Assembly (NCBI RefSeq): GCF_000143415.4
Contig: NW_003314339.1
Span: 551,751-615,750, forward strand
Direction of reading: 5' to 3'
Source of the DNA: Selaginella moellendorffii
Taxonomy: Eukaryota; Plantae; Lycopodiophyta
Length of the DNA stretch: 64,000 nucleotides
Notes under the pieces: model-generated
What the model was told of the DNA's origin: nothing
Seen by the model: the letters and a program-made list of their open reading frames with translations, nothing else
The model's database searches: none
Translations under genes and position numbers: made by a program
Shown here: piece by piece, positions 61,801-64,000 of the stretch
How the letters are laid out: every line of letters starts with the position of its first letter
How positions within the stretch are numbered: position 1 is the stretch's first letter

Positions 61801-62305
61801 ACCATATAAACTTTTATATGGTCATGATCCAATATTACCAATGGAGCTGGGTTTACCTTCGCGATTGCCACGAGCTCCTGATGCTAGGTCATGGGATCAA
61901 TATTTGACGAGCATTCTTCCACTTATCTGAGCAGAGTCTGCCGAACACTTAGGCCGCGTACACGTGGGACAACAACGGCGTTACAACTCCCATCATCATC
62001 CACCTGCAAAGTACAAAGTGAATGATTTGGTGTTAGTCCGTTTTCCCTATTTTACAGTACATGGTTTATCTAAGGGGCTCCTTGCGCAATGGAAAGGACC
62101 GTATCGGGTGTTGCGGCAAGTTAGACCGCAAGTTTATAAGGTTCAGCATGACGTCCAGCAAGCCGATCCTCTGGAGATTGTGCATGTGCAGCGGTTGAAA
62201 CGCTTCATACAAAGAGATCAGGAGCAGTTAATACCGTCTACAGATCCGCCGATGCCTCCTCCTAACGTTCCTCCAGATCCCGGCCCATCTACAAGAGAAC
62301 CCTGA
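58816..62305 (+). pseudogene. pol: pol of family C (PR-RT-RH-INT) with stops and a frameshift
   Basis: LVDTGSS; RFCIDYRPLN; MPFGLNNA; FIDDVLI; VDASD; GGHMG..CVWCQ; FDLMGP; SDNG; YHPQSDGLVE; WKGPY. Confidence 0.9.
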
Positions 62306-62555
62306 CGGCCTTCCTTTATTCCAAGAGGAAGGGATGATATGAGGGCCAAGTGTACGGCTATGATGTCGTATACTAATATTAGCGTAGTGGGATTTTGGTA
62401 GCCGTCGGATTGGTTTCAATCCGGACCACTCGCTCCTGTATATAAGCTAGGGTTTTTGGGTTAATTGATATTCACATTTCTGTATTCCCTTTCCATATTC
62501 CATGCACTCACATCTTTAATTTTTAATATATAAAATACATTTCAAAATTACTATG

Positions 62556-64000
62556 TGTGAGGTCCAAGTGTACAGCTACAATGTCGTATACTAATATTAA
62601 CATAGTTAAATTTTGTTAGTTGTCAGATTGATTTCAATTCAGACCACTCACTTTTGTATATAAACTAGGGTTTTTGGGCTAATTGATATGCACATTTTCT
62701 GTATTCTCTTTCCATATTCCATGCACTCACATTGGTGGAGTTGAAGGCAACTTTCATTATCCTGAAGGAGTGCTAGAATTTGGGATTTTTTGTTTAGATC
62801 TCCCTTTTTTTTAGTTTTTCTCACCTTATTGTTTTTGTTTGTTTCTTTTTATTCATCTTCATGGCAGAGTAGTAGCCTCCTCCTCTGACCCTAGAGCAGC
62901 AGTTGGTTGCAGTTAAACAATTAAACTCAGTTGATGGTAACATTCACGGCATATGGTACAACTCTTTCTGCTCTTATTGCCAATTCTTGCATCCAGCCAG
63001 AGTTCTTTTGTAGGAATCCTAGGGGTGATGTGTACTATTGGTTCTATCACTTTACGATGATTATCACATATCATTCTTAGGATGATGCTTGACATTTACA
63101 TGAGTTTCCTATATGTCTCCAAAGGATGGCACTGCAATGGGACAATGGTTTGGGCGCAGCCACATGTGAGGATTGGAGTAATCTCTTAGATGTCTTCAAA
63201 CGTGTATTTGGATATGCTGATAATGCCTTTCAACAATTGCATCATCTTCGTCAAGGGTCATTTGAGTCGATGATGCAATTTAGTGTTTGTTTCCAAAGCC
63301 TTTTACTTCCTGTGGAGCCAAATATATTGGAGTGGATCAAGCTAGAAATATTGTGGCCAACACTTCGTCAAGATCTTGTAAGACTTGTGCATGCACTTAC
63401 TCTAGCCACCTTTAACGATGCCGTTCACTTGGCATAACGTTATAAAATGTCACCTCTTTCACTTCTTGTTGCACATCCTTTAGCTCCACTTCCTATGAGA
63501 GATGGTTTAGTTCCAATGGAGGTTGATGCTATTGCTATCCAGGTTCAAGGATAAGGGTGAGGATATGGTCGTGGCTATGATGTCCATTGCTAGGACTGTG
63601 ATGAAGTTAGTCACAATTATCGGCGTTATTAGTGTTTTCTAAATTGGCGACTTTTATTTCCTAGATGGAGACTTTGACATCAACAATGTCTTATTAGTGC
63701 TACTATGGAAGATCTGGAAACCGAGATGCATTCAAGAAATGAGGAGTCACACAAGTAGTAGAGGGACCTTGTGTGAATAAGTTAGTGACCCCTCTATATT
63801 TCTCTCGAGATTATCATCAAGGGGTTCACTCAGCATTAGTTCATCCAACATTTACTTTCTAAGCTGTTTTTATAATAAAAGATTTCCTATTATTTTCTTT
63901 GTATTGATTGATATAGGTTTGAGTTTATTTTCAATTGCTCAACCTATTGCCACATATTGCCATCTATATTTGCATCATATAGTAGAGCCAATTTTCATTT
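62556..64000 (+). mobile_element. Second, more degenerate family C copy (5' LTR 62556-62731, PBS, gag and start of protease; runs off window)
   Basis: Colinear with 57493-59090, with many C->T/G->A changes and stops. Confidence 0.9.

Larger units (their letters stand above)
57493..62512 (+). mobile_element. Full-length but decayed Ty3/Gypsy element, family C (no chromodomain)
   Basis: 175-bp LTRs at 57493-57667 and 62338-62512; 4-bp TSD TCTT; PBS TGGTGGAGG (tRNA-Ala-like) at 57669; PPT aagaggaagggatga 62323-62337. Confidence 0.93.

Overview
Eukaryotic, plant-like, transposon-dense DNA; the tiny 41-57 nt introns, TTTAGGG repeats and a chloroplast-type FKBP suggest a non-seed plant such as a lycophyte (inference). 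The backbone is two tandem copies of a large TIR DNA transposon. Copy 1 runs from <1 to 27061 and is truncated. Copy 2 runs 27065-53344 and is about 13.5 kb once nested LTR insertions are removed. The element carries an intact DDE/D transposase (48659-51789, +). Divergent from it is an 11-exon gene of about 1560 aa that joins a ParB/Srx-like domain, a degenerate beta-class DNA-methyltransferase-like domain, low-complexity linkers and an FCP1/NIF-like HAD domain. About 25 copies of a 22-bp palindrome (ATGGCRTGWGGCCWCAYGCCAT) are spread along the element, many inside its small introns. Nested or adjacent insertions are a 4-LTR tandem array and five solo LTRs of a non-autonomous LTR family (A), one solo LTR of a related chromovirus family (B), and a young full-length B chromovirus (40314-47844). 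That chromovirus has two GT-AG introns interrupting its integrase. The right end of the window holds three exons of an FKBP-like gene and two decayed copies of a short-LTR Ty3/Gypsy element (C) with a -1 frameshift signal. All calls were made by eye; no database search was run.
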